Source of the DNA: Schmidtea nova
Lineage: Eukaryota
Length of the DNA stretch: 64,000 bases
Direction: 5' to 3'
NCBI GenBank assembly: GCA_044892505.1
Contig: CM097882.1
Location: 163,184,001 to 163,248,000 of the forward strand
Program-made: the position numbers and the translations under genes
Shown: in pieces, positions 36,101-46,567 of the stretch
Layout of the letters: every line of letters starts with the position of its first letter
Numbering within the stretch: the stretch's first letter is position 1
Notes under the pieces: model-generated
What the model saw: only the letters and a program-made list of their open reading frames with translations
What the model was told of the DNA's origin: nothing
The model's database searches: none

Positions 36101-39100
36101 AGGGAGATTGCGCAGGGCAATTAGGAAAATCCACCCGAGCGCAATCATAATAATAAGCCCGATATTGGGTAACTTTTAATTGTTGATATAATTTAATTGT
36201 CATTTGCGAGATGTATAAAAGGCAACGCAAAGTAATGGACGAGGCCCGAGAAACTGAGAGCTTAAAAAGACGAAGTATTAAAATTTAGTGAAAATTAACA
36301 AAGAGAGATCTTGCGGAATTAGAAAGAGACAAAGTGAGGAAAGATATTTTTTTAACCGTTCTAACTAGAGGATCAAATCCGAATTAGGCAGAAAGTGCAA
36401 ATTGTCAAGTGTGTACTTCCTAGTGATTAAAAGAAGTTGTAATTTGTGGTGATCGTCTAATAAATTGTTCTGTGTTGGGTTTCATTGATTTTCGATAATA
36501 TAAAGGACACGAGGAGTCAGGTCATTAAACCGATTTTAAACAGAATAATAACCCAACAATATTATTGAAATTACGATGGCGCATGCAATTTTTTAAGTGT
36601 TTTATAGCAATTTACTCTGAGTTTTTGAGAAGTAAATGGAGCATGCAGAAGTCTGTCAAGGAATCATATATTTTTGAAAGAAAACCTTTAGATCTTAACC
36701 GCAATCGACAAGTGCCTAAACCTCAATGAAAAGTTTTTATTTTCAAAGAATTTCGGAATATTTTTCACAAAAAACTATTGCGTTTTGCAAACCTGATGTA
36801 CTATGGGATGAATTATTTTTAATTGTAAAAATATTTTACCTTTCATATTTTCCATGTACGCTCACCGATTACACAGCATTCGATACCCGAAAAAAATGTT
36901 CGAAGGTCGAAAATCGAAAGTTGAAATAATATATATTTAAAAAAAATATTATATGGTGATAGGATTTCAGATATTGACATGCCATCGAAAATAATCATGA
37001 CTAAATTCATTTGGAAAGTCCACTTGGAATACCAAAAAAATTTCAATCAGAAATATGATTTTAAAATATAAAAAATATGGTAATCTATCAAAAAGCAGAA
37101 AAGGTGGTAACAAGTCTCGAAGATTAATTTTTATAAATAAATTTTAGTTAAAAATGATTTTAACTTTGATTGTAAATAATTCCAAAAATAATAAAAAAAA
37201 TAATAATTTCTATAGAAATAGTAATTTCCTTCAAAGTAATTCTATTATATATTTCCGCTCATCAATGACTTATTGTGTAACGCTATGATAATTAATATAG
37301 AAATACTTTTTTCAAGAGGCTCTTCATTAAAAACAATTTTTGTCAAATATTTTTCATTGTTATTCATTTGCCTAATATTAAAAGAAATTGAATTTTTAAT
37401 AAATATTTCGCGTATATTTAATTAAAGTATTTGTTGTATTTCAATTAACTTTTTTTCAACTGATTAGTTAAAAATAAATTTGTAGAAGATAGATAATCTT
37501 TTAAAGCTTTTATAGTGATCTCATATCATTACTAGATCAAAATAAAAGCCTTAAAAGTTATCCTAATAAATTAAATTACATGAAAGCCATTTTAAAATAG
37601 CTAATACATAAAATTAAAATAAATGATTACAAATAACCTCGGATGTGCCACACTCACGTGTATAGCTAATGCTACTAAGTGAAACACAGTTTAGATAACT
37701 TAAATTGTTGTCTATCTCGCCCGTAATTTATGCTCTTTCATTATATAATTGTTTCTATTAAATAATCAATTTCTTTTAATTTTTCTGTTGTAATTCGTTA
37801 TGTTTGTTTTTACCAGATCAAGATGTTATAAAAATTTAAGAATAAACCCTGCAATTTTTGCATACCATTGGATTTTGCTTCGATCATAGTTCATGAAATT
37901 TTCAGTCATTGCAACACTGGGCATTAACTTTGTATAGTTGCTACATCGATTAGCATATTCTTACTGAATATTATCACCCAGGTTCTTTGACTGAAATCAG
38001 CATTAAATTTTACAATATAATAACCAAATGTTTCTCAAAGAGTGTTTCGACAAAATCTCCAATTGTGCTACGAAATCTTAAAAAATAAATTTTACATTTG
38101 TACAAACGCCAATCCAAATATATATTCTGAACAATATATTTCGAGAACTTAATTCTCTTCATCAGGTGCTACTCAATCTTCCATTCAAATATAAATCAAA
38201 TAAATCGATTTTTCAAACGAATTAATATTAATTTTTAAAATAAAATGCATTTTATAAATTTTATAAAACAAGTCAAAAAATTTTAAACGATTAAAAATTT
38301 TTTAATTTAAATAAATTTATCTTAAAAATATAATATTCTTTTCTTACAAAAAAATATTTTTTTTAAGAATATATTATAAATATTTTCATATTTATAAACA
38401 ATAGAAGGATTGAAAACAAAATCCATAATCCCCAATAGAAAATGCTCTAATACTCGAATACATAAATGACTTGTCCAAAGTATGTGGCATTTCGCCCATG
38501 AAATTTGAAAAATTAAACGAGTATAGAACACAAATCAAAAGAAAAAAATAAACATCATCAACAACCACATCAGTTAATTTACTTAAACCGCAAAAAATGA
38601 GGCAAACACACGCACTCAAAACTCTTACACTCACATATTCACAAACATCGATATGACTGATAACAACGTCAAATCCCATTAATTGACTCCGCTCTGAAAC
38701 TCGAATACAGAGAAGACTTTTCCAATGTATGTATTTTCCAACCCATGACGTTTGAAAATATAAACGAGAACAGAGCAAAGAGCAATACAGAAAACTTAGA
38801 ATCGCCAACAATCACACCAATTAATTCATAAATAAGAGAATAAGAGAAGGAATCAGCATGAATGTAAACCTCATAATTAAATCGAAATACTAATTTGACA
38901 AAACTATGCATTTAGAATTATAAAAATTAAATACAAACTTTTTCCTAGACAAACTTTCACAGGATACCGGCACAACTGAAGGAAAATTATTTTTCTTCAA
39001 TACTTAACACACACACACACCTGCGCACGCACACACCTGCGCACACACACACCTGCGCACACACACATATATATTTGTACAAATGTTAATAACTGAAAGT

Positions 39101-41292
39101 TTATTTATGTATTAAATAATTTATGATTTACTTTTCTGTTTAATAGTGCAATTCATTATGGCTTCTACCTCAAAATAAAAGTTATGTTTAAATTATCTCT
39201 TGTTTTCATTTATTTAAAAGTTAATTGTTTACTATAATATTTTTACTATNNNNNNNNNNNNNNNNNNNNNNNNNNNNNNNNNNNNNNNNNNNNNNNNNNN
39301 NNNNNNNNNNNNNNNNNNNNNNNNNNNNNNNNNNNNNNNNNNNNNNNNNNNNNNNNNNNNNNNNNNNNNNNNNNNNNNNNNNNNNNNNNNNNNNNNNNNN
39401 NNNNGCCAGGCGACCTAGGCCATAGCCTAGGGCCCTTTTTTTTAGAGGGCGCCAAAATTTATTATAAACAATCAAAGAAAATTATAAAATAAGCCTCCAA
39501 AACTTTGTATTTTGAAATTTATCTATGAAACCAACCGTTTTAAAAAAATTTGAAAATAATAAAAAACAAAAAAAAAGTACATGCAAAATATACGAATTTC
39601 CAATTCTGAGAAATTCTGATGTATTGAAATAAAAAAAATTTATATGTATTACAAAAACTGATGTGCGAGTTAAATTAACAGCTATAGCTACCAGTTTTTT
39701 TTTGCGAGTGTGGCGAGTGGTGAAAGAAGTTTTAGTAAATTAAAACTAATAAAAACGTATTTGCGATCTACTATGACGGAAGATAGGTTGAATAATTTGG
39801 CCATTATTTCAATTGAAAATAATGTTGTAGCAAACCTAAATTTGGAGGCAGCAATAGAAAAATTTGCAGACATGAAAGCCAGGAAAAAATCATTCTTATA
39901 AATTCTGTTTTTTTATATATATGTAAATCAATCGAAAAAAATGAAATGAAGTAATAAATATATATTTTATTTTATATTTTTAAGATTGATTTATTTAAAT
40001 TTTTAAATTTTTAATCGATATAAATTTTTTGACTATAATAGAATTTAAAATATATATTTTATTTTAAAAATTAATACTAATTTGTTCGAATAAATCGATT
40101 TAAGTGATTTATATTTCGATGTAAGATTGGGTAGCACCTGATGAAGAGAATTAAGTTCTCGAAATATATTGTGCAAAATATATATTTGGATTTTGGTTTG
40201 TTGTTAATAATATTTGTGCCATGCTGGTTGTGTTATGTATTAAAGAAAGATAATAATCCGTCAGTTGTTCCGGTATTCTGTGAAAGTTTGTCTAGGAAAA
40301 TGTTTGTATTTAATTTTTATTATTCTAAATGTATAGAGTTTTATATTGTCAAATTAGTATTTCGATTTAATGATGAGGTTTACACTTGTGCTGATTCCTT
40401 CTCTTATTCTATTGTTTATGAATTAATTGATGTGATTGTTGGCGATTCTAAGTTTTCTGTATTGCTCTTTGCTCTGTTCTCGTTTATATTTTCAAACGTC
40501 ATGGGTGAAATGCCACATACATTGGAAAAGACTGCCCGTCTTCTCTGTATTCGAGTTTCAGAGCGGAGTCAATTAATGGGATTTAGCGTTGTTTTCAGTC
40601 ATATCGTTGTTTGTGAATATGTGAGTATGAGAGTTTTGAGTCCGTGTGTTTGCCTCATTTTTTGCGGTTTAAGTAAATTAACTGATGTGGTTGTTGATGG
40701 TGTTTATTTTCTTCTTTTGATTTGTGTTCTATACTCGTTTAATTTTTCAAATGTCATGGGCGTAATGCCACATACTTTGGACAAGACTGACCGTCTTTTC
40801 TGTACTCGAGTTTTAGAGCATTTTCAATTGGGGATTATGGATTTCGTTTTCAATCATTCTGTTGTTTATAAATATGAAAATATTTATAATATATTCTTAA
40901 AAAAAAATATTTTTTTGTATAAAAATAAAAGAATATTATATTTTTAAGATTGATTTATTTAAATTTTTAAATTTTTAATCGATATAAATTTTTTGACTAT
41001 AATAGAATTTAAAATATATATTTTATTTTAAAAATTAATACTAATTTGTTCGAATAAATCGATTTAAGTGATTTATATTTCGATGTAAGATTGGGTAGCA
41101 CCTGATGAAGAGAATTAAGTTCTCGAAATATATTGTGCAAAATATATATTTGGATTTTGGTTTGTTGTTAAGTAATAAATAGATTGTTTTTTGTTAATCT
41201 TTTTTATTTTATCATAATTTTTGTACCAAATTTTTAAAATAGGGCGCTTTTTATAATTTTCGCCTGGGGCGTATAATTATCTCGAACCGGCG

Positions 41293-41380
<88 letters not shown>

Positions 41381-41657
41381 CTATGTTTAGGCCCCAGAAG
41401 TTATAAGAATGGATACAATAAATCCTTATACTGAGAAATCAGATGTGTATTCATTTGGAATAATTATATATGAAATTGTTGCAATGAAATTACCATATAA
41501 TCACATTAATAATAAAGAACGGATCCTATTCATGGTTGGCAAAGGATTTCTATCTCCAGATTTAAGTCTTATTAAAATAACTTTACCACATCAGTTTAAA
41601 CATCTCATGATTGATTGCCTTAACTTCGATCGTGAATGTCGTCCAGGATTTACCCAG
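15151..41657 (+). CDS. raf: Raf-family Ser/Thr kinase gene, multi-exon; last exon not identified
   Basis: GT-AG exons with consistent phases: 15151-15270, 15314-15417, 15458-15633, 15692-15779, 24550-25162, 29365-29567, 32256-32620, 34755-34914, 41391-41657. Junction between 25162 and 29365 probably needs one more small exon (~25209-25244), unresolved. Confidence 0.92.
16222..17157 (+). CDS. gag: Gag with Asn-rich tail
   Basis: VSVKIPAIF...WFKQVEASF; [18 protein letters not shown]; (NNNNK/QF)n near the C-terminus. Confidence 0.92.
   Translation: MNLINGVSNSQVDHVSVKIPAIFQNQSLWFKQVEASFKISRITEETTKYFYLISNLPTTMLSKYEHLLDSETELPYSTLKEAILAEFELSRKISITELMREECLGDRSPSEALQHITGQIQRIDTAMDPFNSPISRELFMRLLPSSVQDILLSMPTTDLRKLAVTADRIMLSKRQSVKTVEHENCNTQELGDKTRTIMELQEEINVIRQQLRNKSTSKLCFYHSKFGHRARKCQPPCDWNANQNDNYRSEKYIREKYQNLEPSNISSMNNNNFNNNNKFNNNNQFNNNNKFNNNNTFNNNRENQGNERRFH
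17133..17139 (+). promoter_or_regulatory. -1 ribosomal frameshift slippery site G GGA AAC
   Basis: Heptamer is in the correct phase in gag (CAG GGA AAC) and the -1 frame is continuous with pol. Confidence 0.8.
17154..20114 (+). CDS. pol: Pol: protease, RT, RNase H, integrase; one in-frame TAG at 19461-19463
   Basis: FLIDTGAD; YIDD; LCTDAS; HISHP/CRQCQRC; VHLDIVGP; ERE*ISRFGVP (Trp position) continues in frame through TDQG and NGKIERWH. Confidence 0.95.
20415..20455 (-). ncRNA. Degenerate hammerhead motif in a Penelope pLTR fragment
   Basis: Minus strand ACTAGATAAAGGCTGTGCCAAAATACCGTGTA; core mutated; adjacent to the ATGACTATAGATCAAAA pLTR tag. Confidence 0.4.
22631..22663 (+). ncRNA. Degenerate hammerhead motif, Penelope family
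   Basis: GTGATTAAGGATGTGCCGAAATATCGTGTA; 3' half intact, 5' core decayed. Confidence 0.4.
22938..23058. mobile_element. Small MITE-like inverted-repeat element
   Basis: CCGGCCTATCAAAAGTCTCCA ... TGGAGACTTTTGGTAGGCCGG. Confidence 0.7.
24550..25162 (+). CDS. raf: Raf Ser-rich hinge exon
   Basis: Acceptor at 24548-49 in phase 2 matches exon 4; Ser-rich 225-aa ORF frame; KRSQSD and KVPSVPN resemble CR2-type sites. Confidence 0.7.
27200..27232 (-). ncRNA. Minimal type I hammerhead ribozyme, U3-A8 variant, in a solo pLTR
   Basis: ACAC-TTGATAA-A-GGC(TGT)GCC-GAA-ATAT-T-GTGT, identical to 31131-31163. Confidence 0.7.
27668..27707 (-). ncRNA. Hammerhead-like motif, third family, probably degenerate
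   Basis: GC-CTGACGA-A-T-ATTGT(TAT)ACAAT-C-GAA-ATATAT-C-GC; T.C mismatch at the base of stem II and short stem I; lies 3' of the Penelope-like fragment in the sense orientation. Confidence 0.45.
27900..28700 (-). pseudogene. Internally deleted Penelope-like element fragment
   Basis: [13 protein letters not shown] and [10 protein letters not shown] resemble the post-RT linker of the intact Penelope ORF ([17 protein letters not shown]). Confidence 0.55.
29365..29567 (+). CDS. raf: Raf exon preceding the kinase domain
   Basis: Open exon KRNSKSKS...[19 protein letters not shown] ending in phase 0, matching the phase-0 acceptor at 32256. Confidence 0.6.
29979..31031 (+). CDS. Penelope RT C-terminal half plus GIY-YIG endonuclease
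   Basis: [57 protein letters not shown]. Confidence 0.95.
   Translation: MGNNLSPILAIFYMNFIESKIISFFGDKILFWKRYIDDIFIVSTIPLNQILSHANSTNTNIQFTFETPNTEGKIPFLDTMVSFTKGQDTLNANTELYSKGLHSGHILPWKSHVPLQRKIALLIGERKRAIRNCSDANKIQETLENFKIRFLQNGYPEDFVKKHFLNEPYHNKRNNRKRQKHNNNNKHTTYLRLPFLNDTTANKITNIFNQTDLPIHIRPTFITSAPLKSQLRKPPISNISKHKCLCRSTTRCFCFSKNIVYKLSCQKCDATYIGETHRTFRTRLNEHTKIKTSNYYEHWEKVHKTTPSIEETKCQILQEGFKNSLQRLASETFFIKKYKPSINIQFAQKN
31131..31163 (+). ncRNA. Minimal type I hammerhead ribozyme, U3-A8 variant, in the Penelope 3' pLTR
   Basis: ACAC-TTGATAA-A-GGC(TGT)GCC-GAA-ATAT-T-GTGT; predicted cleavage after 31159; palindromic stem III. Confidence 0.75.
31590..32080 (+). pseudogene. Mariner transposase remnant
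   Basis: [43 protein letters not shown] with frameshifts and a central deletion. Confidence 0.75.
32256..32620 (+). CDS. raf: Raf kinase exon, subdomains I-VIa
   Basis: WEIP...[21 protein letters not shown]...[19 protein letters not shown]...TQWCEGSSL...QISQGME. Confidence 0.97.
32810..33205. repeat. (TA)n microsatellites interleaved with a ~60-bp unit, two direct copies and one inverted copy
   Basis: AACAAGCATTCATATACTAAAACCATATA...GTCAAGAAAT at ~32842 and ~32934; reverse complement at ~33050-33108. Confidence 0.85.
34755..34914 (+). CDS. raf: Raf kinase exon, catalytic loop and activation segment
   Basis: [19 protein letters not shown]...[15 protein letters not shown]...GSILWM. Confidence 0.97.
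35600..37680 (+). mobile_element. Decayed IS630/Tc1-like transposon, homolog of 61235-62645
   Basis: 35630-35760 matches 61295-61420; 36960-37110 matches 61830-61990; 37490-37610 matches 62445-62560. Boundaries approximate. Confidence 0.65.
38107..39072 (-). mobile_element. Non-autonomous hammerhead-bearing retroelement, single-repeat copy
   Basis: Reverse-complement homolog of 40237-41170; flanked by direct ATTTGTACAAA (38096-38106, 39073-39083); (CA)-rich tract at one end. Confidence 0.75.
38129..38169 (-). ncRNA. Hammerhead ribozyme motif with one stem I mismatch
   Basis: GCAC-CTGATGA-A-GAGAAT(TAA)GTTCTC-GAA-ATATAT-T-GTTC. Confidence 0.55.
40134..40174 (+). ncRNA. Type I hammerhead ribozyme
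   Basis: GCAC-CTGATGA-A-GAGAAT(TAA)GTTCTC-GAA-ATATAT-T-GTGC; predicted cleavage after 40170. Confidence 0.75.
41098..41138 (+). ncRNA. Type I hammerhead ribozyme, second tandem copy
   Basis: Identical to 40134-40174, 964 nt downstream. Confidence 0.75.
41391..41657 (+). CDS. raf: Raf kinase exon, APE to subdomain XI
   Basis: APEVIRM...SDVYSFGII...[25 protein letters not shown]...RPGFTQ. Confidence 0.97.
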
Positions 41658-41796
41658 GTTTATAAATTATTATATAAATGTTTTTTTGTTATTAAATAAA
41701 TTCAAAAATTTAGCTTTTAGTGCAAATTTATAAATAAGAGTTACAATTTATTTTTAAAAATAGCACCCATATACGAATCCAAGTCAATTATACATA

Positions 41797-43155
41797 CAGT
41801 CCCTTAAAAAAGTCGTGAACAGTTAAATTTATTCATAATTTCTTAACAAATTTCGTAACAACCCGAATAAAGTGAAAGGCATTTACAATTTGAAACATTA
41901 TAATTAACTAATGTCCAGAGGGTTCCAATAATCAATTCAATATGACGTTGGACCACTGCCTTGCTTGATACATTCCTGTAGCCGTTTCGTCATTGACAGC
42001 GCAAGATTTTCAAAGAAAATGTTAGGTAACTGATAAACCAAGTATTGAGTATTGCGGCTTTTAAGTCAATTATGTTATCAAATTTCTATTTCCCAATTTG
42101 GTATTTCAGCAGGGACCACGCATTTTCAATGGGGTTAAGGTCTGGTGACTGAGGGGACAATCCAGCACAGTCCATCGTTGTTTATGGATCCATTCTTTTA
42201 CTATTTCTTGCGGTGACATGGTGCACCATCATACTGTAGAACCCAATCTTTATTATTACCAAACGCCTCTCTAACGGAACTGCGTACTTCATTGTTCAGA
42301 ACCTTTAAATATCACTGGGAGTTGCATCTGTCGTCATTGCACAAGAACCGAACCTTTCCAGGCCCAGAAGCAGTGAAACTCCCCCATAACATAATAGAGG
42401 ATGGATGTTTGAGTGTAGGGACTGTAAACTTTAATTTATCATCCTTTTTCGCCACACACGCTGGCGTCTTGAATTATTTACCACAGATATTCTTGTTTCA
42501 TCAGTGAACAGCACTTCTTTCCGAAATTCTGAAGGCTCGTTGACATACTTCTTTGCAAACTTTAATCTCATTTGTCTGTGCCTTTTTGTTAACAGTGACT
42601 TCTTGAGCGGTAACGAGGATCTAAATCCCATTCTAGCCAAATAATTCCTGACAGTTTGATTGCCGATGTTTATATTCATGTGATTATCAAGAAATGCCTT
42701 CAAATACTCGCCGGTAACGGCCGAATTCCTTGCGATTTCTAATATCAAGTGTCGTTGAACTCTGCTTGAAAGTATCTTCTTTCGACCACAATTTCAATAT
42801 TTGTTAGGCAAATCATTCGTTGTTTTGTACTGCTTTACCACTTTCGAAATTACTCTAACAGAAATATTGAGGTTCCTCGCAATTTTTCGAAAATTTTCCC
42901 CAGTTTTCAATTTATTGATGATTAAAGATCGAACTCTTCTATTCAAGACAGTGTTTTGTGCCATGTGTATTCTCAAAAACACGTGGCATAAAAATAAATG
43001 GAGTTTAGACAAAATAATGATTTCGTTGATATGAAATAAATGAAACAACATATTGGAATTATGTTAACATTTTCTCCTTGAGTACACTAACAACAAACAT
43101 TTAGACTTTTACATACAGAAAACTATAGGTGTTCACGACTTTTATTGGGTGACTG
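41797..43155 (-). mobile_element. Tc1-family DNA transposon, frameshifted
   Basis: TIRs CAGTC...AAAAGTCGTGAACA; HTH MAQN...KIARNLNISVRVISKVVK; VLFTDET, LQYDGAPCH, PQSPDLNPIENAW. Confidence 0.92.
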
Positions 43156-43869
43156 TCTATTGTGCGAAAAAGTGATTGGTATATAAATAGGTATATAAGG
43201 TATATAAATAATGGGCTAATGAAAAAGATAAGCGTGAAAAAATGCTGTAAAGATCAATCCATCGTAATATTTAAAGATTAAAAAAAATTTACTCTCAAAA
43301 ATGCGAAATTTTCTATTAATGAAATATAAATTTTTATATTTAAACAAATTGCATAAAAATGAATTTTGTCTTAATTGTTTGTTTTAGTTTTATGAAAATT
43401 TTGCTACAATTGAAATTTAATCTCTCTGAAAAGACCGCTGACTAAATATTGTTTGTAATTATTGTAATTAACGCCGCCTATTTTTCCGAGCAGCTATTCA
43501 AAAAATTACAGGGAACGTCGGCTGTAACCCGTGAAAAATCACGCCAACTATTGTCACAATTTCGATTATATTTCTCATAGATCAAGAATTATCTCTTAAT
43601 TATATTTTATAAGTACTACAATATCGGCAAACAATAAGAACATGAAAACGACAAACTAAATTAATAATAAAGATATTTCAAATATATTTCCTCGGTCTGC
43701 CATCATAATCTGTGTCACATGTTATATACGGAAACAATAATGATATAATAGTAATGAATTAATAAGTTAATTATATATTCTAGATAAGTTCTTTGCTGAT
43801 TGAATGTTAATTTTAAGGGATTGTGATATTTAAATCTGTCATTTCTTTACATATTTTCCATTCTCAATA

Positions 43870-43960
43870 ATATGACTCACGACATCCAATCGGCTGTTAC
43901 TGAACTCGTGTGCGAAGTCTGTCCGATGTATGTAACATTGCACCCTTTACATTATTACTT
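43870..43960 (-). pseudogene. Possible GIY-YIG (Penelope-like) remnant
   Basis: Minus-strand peptide CNVTYIGQTS resembles CDATYIGET; short match only. Confidence 0.4.
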
Positions 43961-44700
43961 ATACACTTGATTAGAAACTAAACCCATTGGGGTTTGTGAT
44001 TTATTCGTTAAACAAATTTTAAACTTCTTATGTGAGGCAATGATGAGAAATATATCTGTTATAATGATCGATAATACCTCATGTGTATTTTTCTCTATTG
44101 AATGTTTCTTTCATTGGTCCACGTGTATCAATATAATTCTTTTCATGAAGTTCTGTATTTACAATTGTTTAGGTTTCTTCTTTAGTAAATGTCTTTGTTT
44201 TCTATCACGCAATTCAGTTTGAAATTACTAAATTTATTTAATCGCAATTAAAATTTGTATTAAATAACAATGACTTACAAAGTTTATCCCGGATTACAAA
44301 TATGTTCTGTTGAAATCAAAGAATCGTCTAAGAACTGATAGTAGCAAAGATGTGTAAATTTAAGTTCAAAACTGTAAGTAAGCTAGTTAATAATGTATAG
44401 TGAACAGTTAATGGTAGTTGTTGTTAAAAAGTGACTGATTTGGCCGGGCTTATATAGTAATTTGGTTGGTTGCCTTAGCCAATCAGATTCTTTCGTTATT
44501 TTATTTAGCGATTTGATTTGATTGGTTTATCCAATCAAAGTTTGGGTTTCTCCAATAATTGGTTTGTATTTATATTTATTATTTTATTATTCAATTTCTT
44601 CAACCTAAATTTCAAAACGGGGTTATTCATCGGCAATCATTTATTTTCTTTCCTCTTAGTTATTTAAATTTTCCCTTTTATTTTGTAATTGCTTTTATAT

Positions 44701-46111
44701 TCCTTTTAAGTATTTTATTTAAATCATATTTTTAGTGGTTTTGCTAACACAACATAATTATGAAGGGGTTTAACTGACGGATATATCAGACTGGAAAAGG
44801 GCGAGCGAAGATTCGAGAAAAAGCGGCTATTCACATGGGACCCAACCATGTAACAGTGTAAGGGGAGTAAAACAAATACTCTTGAAAAAATTCCGTCGCT
44901 CAACTGATCAGACAACGCTCTGTTCTTAACTACACATTTTTTAGTAGACAGTATTAATGTTTCAGTAATAGTATAGAAGTCTTTAAGTAATTATTTTTTG
45001 TTATGAATAATGACGTTCTCTTTTAGATATGGGTTTTTCTTCTCCCTGGTAACTTAAAGATATTTTTTTAGTGTTTAACCAATTACTCCTCACTAAAGCA
45101 GTAATAATCCACAAAGTGCAACCCAGACTTAGAAATATAAATCATGCTTTAATAAAATCTCCGTGAAACCGTAACAACTGCTAGCATAAAATATTTTATT
45201 GGTATAAATTGAAGAAAATTTTGAGTGCGAACAATTTTAAAATCTTAATTTCAAATTTATTTATCAATGTTAGCATATTATAGAAACAGAGTGTAGTAAA
45301 CAAGCCAGGAATCGGGGGAAATTTTGGAAATCCATAAAATCAGTGTTTTGCCCCCTTTTAAAAAAATTAACAGTCCCAGGTATTGAAAACAAAATTTTAT
45401 TAAAATCCTTTTAAGTATTTTATTTAAATCATATTTTTAGTGGTTTTGCTAACACAACATAATTATGAAGGGGTTTAACTGACGGATATATCAGACTGGA
45501 AAAGGGCGAGCGAAGATTCGAGAAAAAGCGGCTATTCACATGGGACCCAACCATGTAACAGTGTAAGGGGAGTAAAACAAATACTCTTGAAAAAATTCCG
45601 TCGCTCAACTGATCAGACAACGCTCTGTTCTTAACTACACATTTTTTAGTAGACAGTATTAATGTTTCAGTAATAGTATAGAAGTCTTTAAGTAATTATT
45701 TTTTGTTATGAATAATGACGTTCTCTTTTAGATATGGGTTTTTCTTCTCCCTGGTAACTTAAAGATATTTTTTTAGTGTTTAACCAATTACTCCTCACTA
45801 AAGCAGTAATAATCCACAAAGTGCAACCCAGACTTAGAAATATAAATCATGCTTTAATAAAATCTCCGTGAAACCGTAACAACTGCTAGCATAAAATATT
45901 TTATTGGTATAAATTGAAGAAAATTTTGAGTGCGAACAATTTTAAAATCTTAATTTCAAATTTATTTATCAATGTTAGCATATTATAGAAACAGAGTGTA
46001 GTAAACAAGCCAGGAATCGAGGGAAATTTTGGAAATCCATAAAATCAGTGTTTTGCCCCCTTTTAAAAAAATTAACAGTCCCAGGTATTGAAAACAAAAT
46101 TTTATTAAAAT
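44701..46111. repeat. Near-perfect 705-bp tandem duplication
   Basis: Identical ORFs at 44724 and 45429; only one difference noticed (G45315 vs A46020). Confidence 0.93.
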
Positions 46112-46567
46112 CAACAAATATGCAATGATCTGCAACTTAACAGTTCAATGGCGCGCTGCTTTTTAGTCATTGGTTTTTTTGTTATTTTATTGCAATTTGT
46201 TTATCAAATATATTATTCTGTGAAACAATATTTTAATAGATTATATTTAGATACATTCAAAACTGGAGAACTTTGAAAAATCACATTTGAGAATTAAGAA
46301 ATGCACTTCAGAACCAAATATATCAATTAGACATATACCATATTCTGATGAAGAAAGTAGTGTTTCAATAAAACGATAGATAACGACAATTTGTTTTGGA
46401 GTAGGACATTTTATAATAAATTGCTTGAAATTCACTACGTTCTGATTTTTATAATTATGTTTAACAAGGCAAACTAAACAGTATAATATTAAAATTAACA
46501 ACAAATAAAAACTAATATAATCAATGTTATTGTACAGCTGAATGAAGATATTGATTAATTGAGAATA

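Larger units (their letters stand above)
26790..39404. other. Five assembly gaps: 26790-27119, 29574-29789, 31201-31586, 33206-33355, 39250-39404
   Basis: Runs of N; three abut Penelope pLTR sequence. Confidence 1.
39961..41169 (+). mobile_element. Retrozyme-like non-autonomous retroelement with ~230-bp direct repeats each carrying a hammerhead
   Basis: Direct repeats ~39975-40207 and ~40939-41169 (period 964); 12-bp flanking duplication AAGTAATAAATA (39949-39960, 41170-41181); internal ~245-bp diverged duplication. Confidence 0.8.
39405..41295 (+). mobile_element. Internally deleted hAT element hosting a nested insertion
   Basis: hAT dimerisation-domain peptide [31 protein letters not shown] (39710-39901); GC-rich subtermini; right end CCGGCGCTG at 41295; left end lies in the N gap. 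Confidence 0.75.

Noticed and set aside
26594-39475. ORFs spanning N runs or (TA)n/(AAT)n tracts
   Set aside because: Artefacts of gaps and microsatellites (poly-X, IYIY, poly-I).
40141-40947. 268-aa ORF and its mirrored ORFs at 38322-38911
   Set aside because: Starts inside the hammerhead core, low-complexity GT-rich composition, frame not conserved in the second copy.
43670-43730. Fourth hammerhead candidate (GAAATATAT on the minus strand) near the GIY-YIG remnant
   Set aside because: 5' core and stem II are too decayed to support.
41711-43810. Candidate last Raf exons (LLVQIYK* at 41711; ISSLLIEC* near 43782)
   Set aside because: Too short and unconstrained to choose without cDNA.
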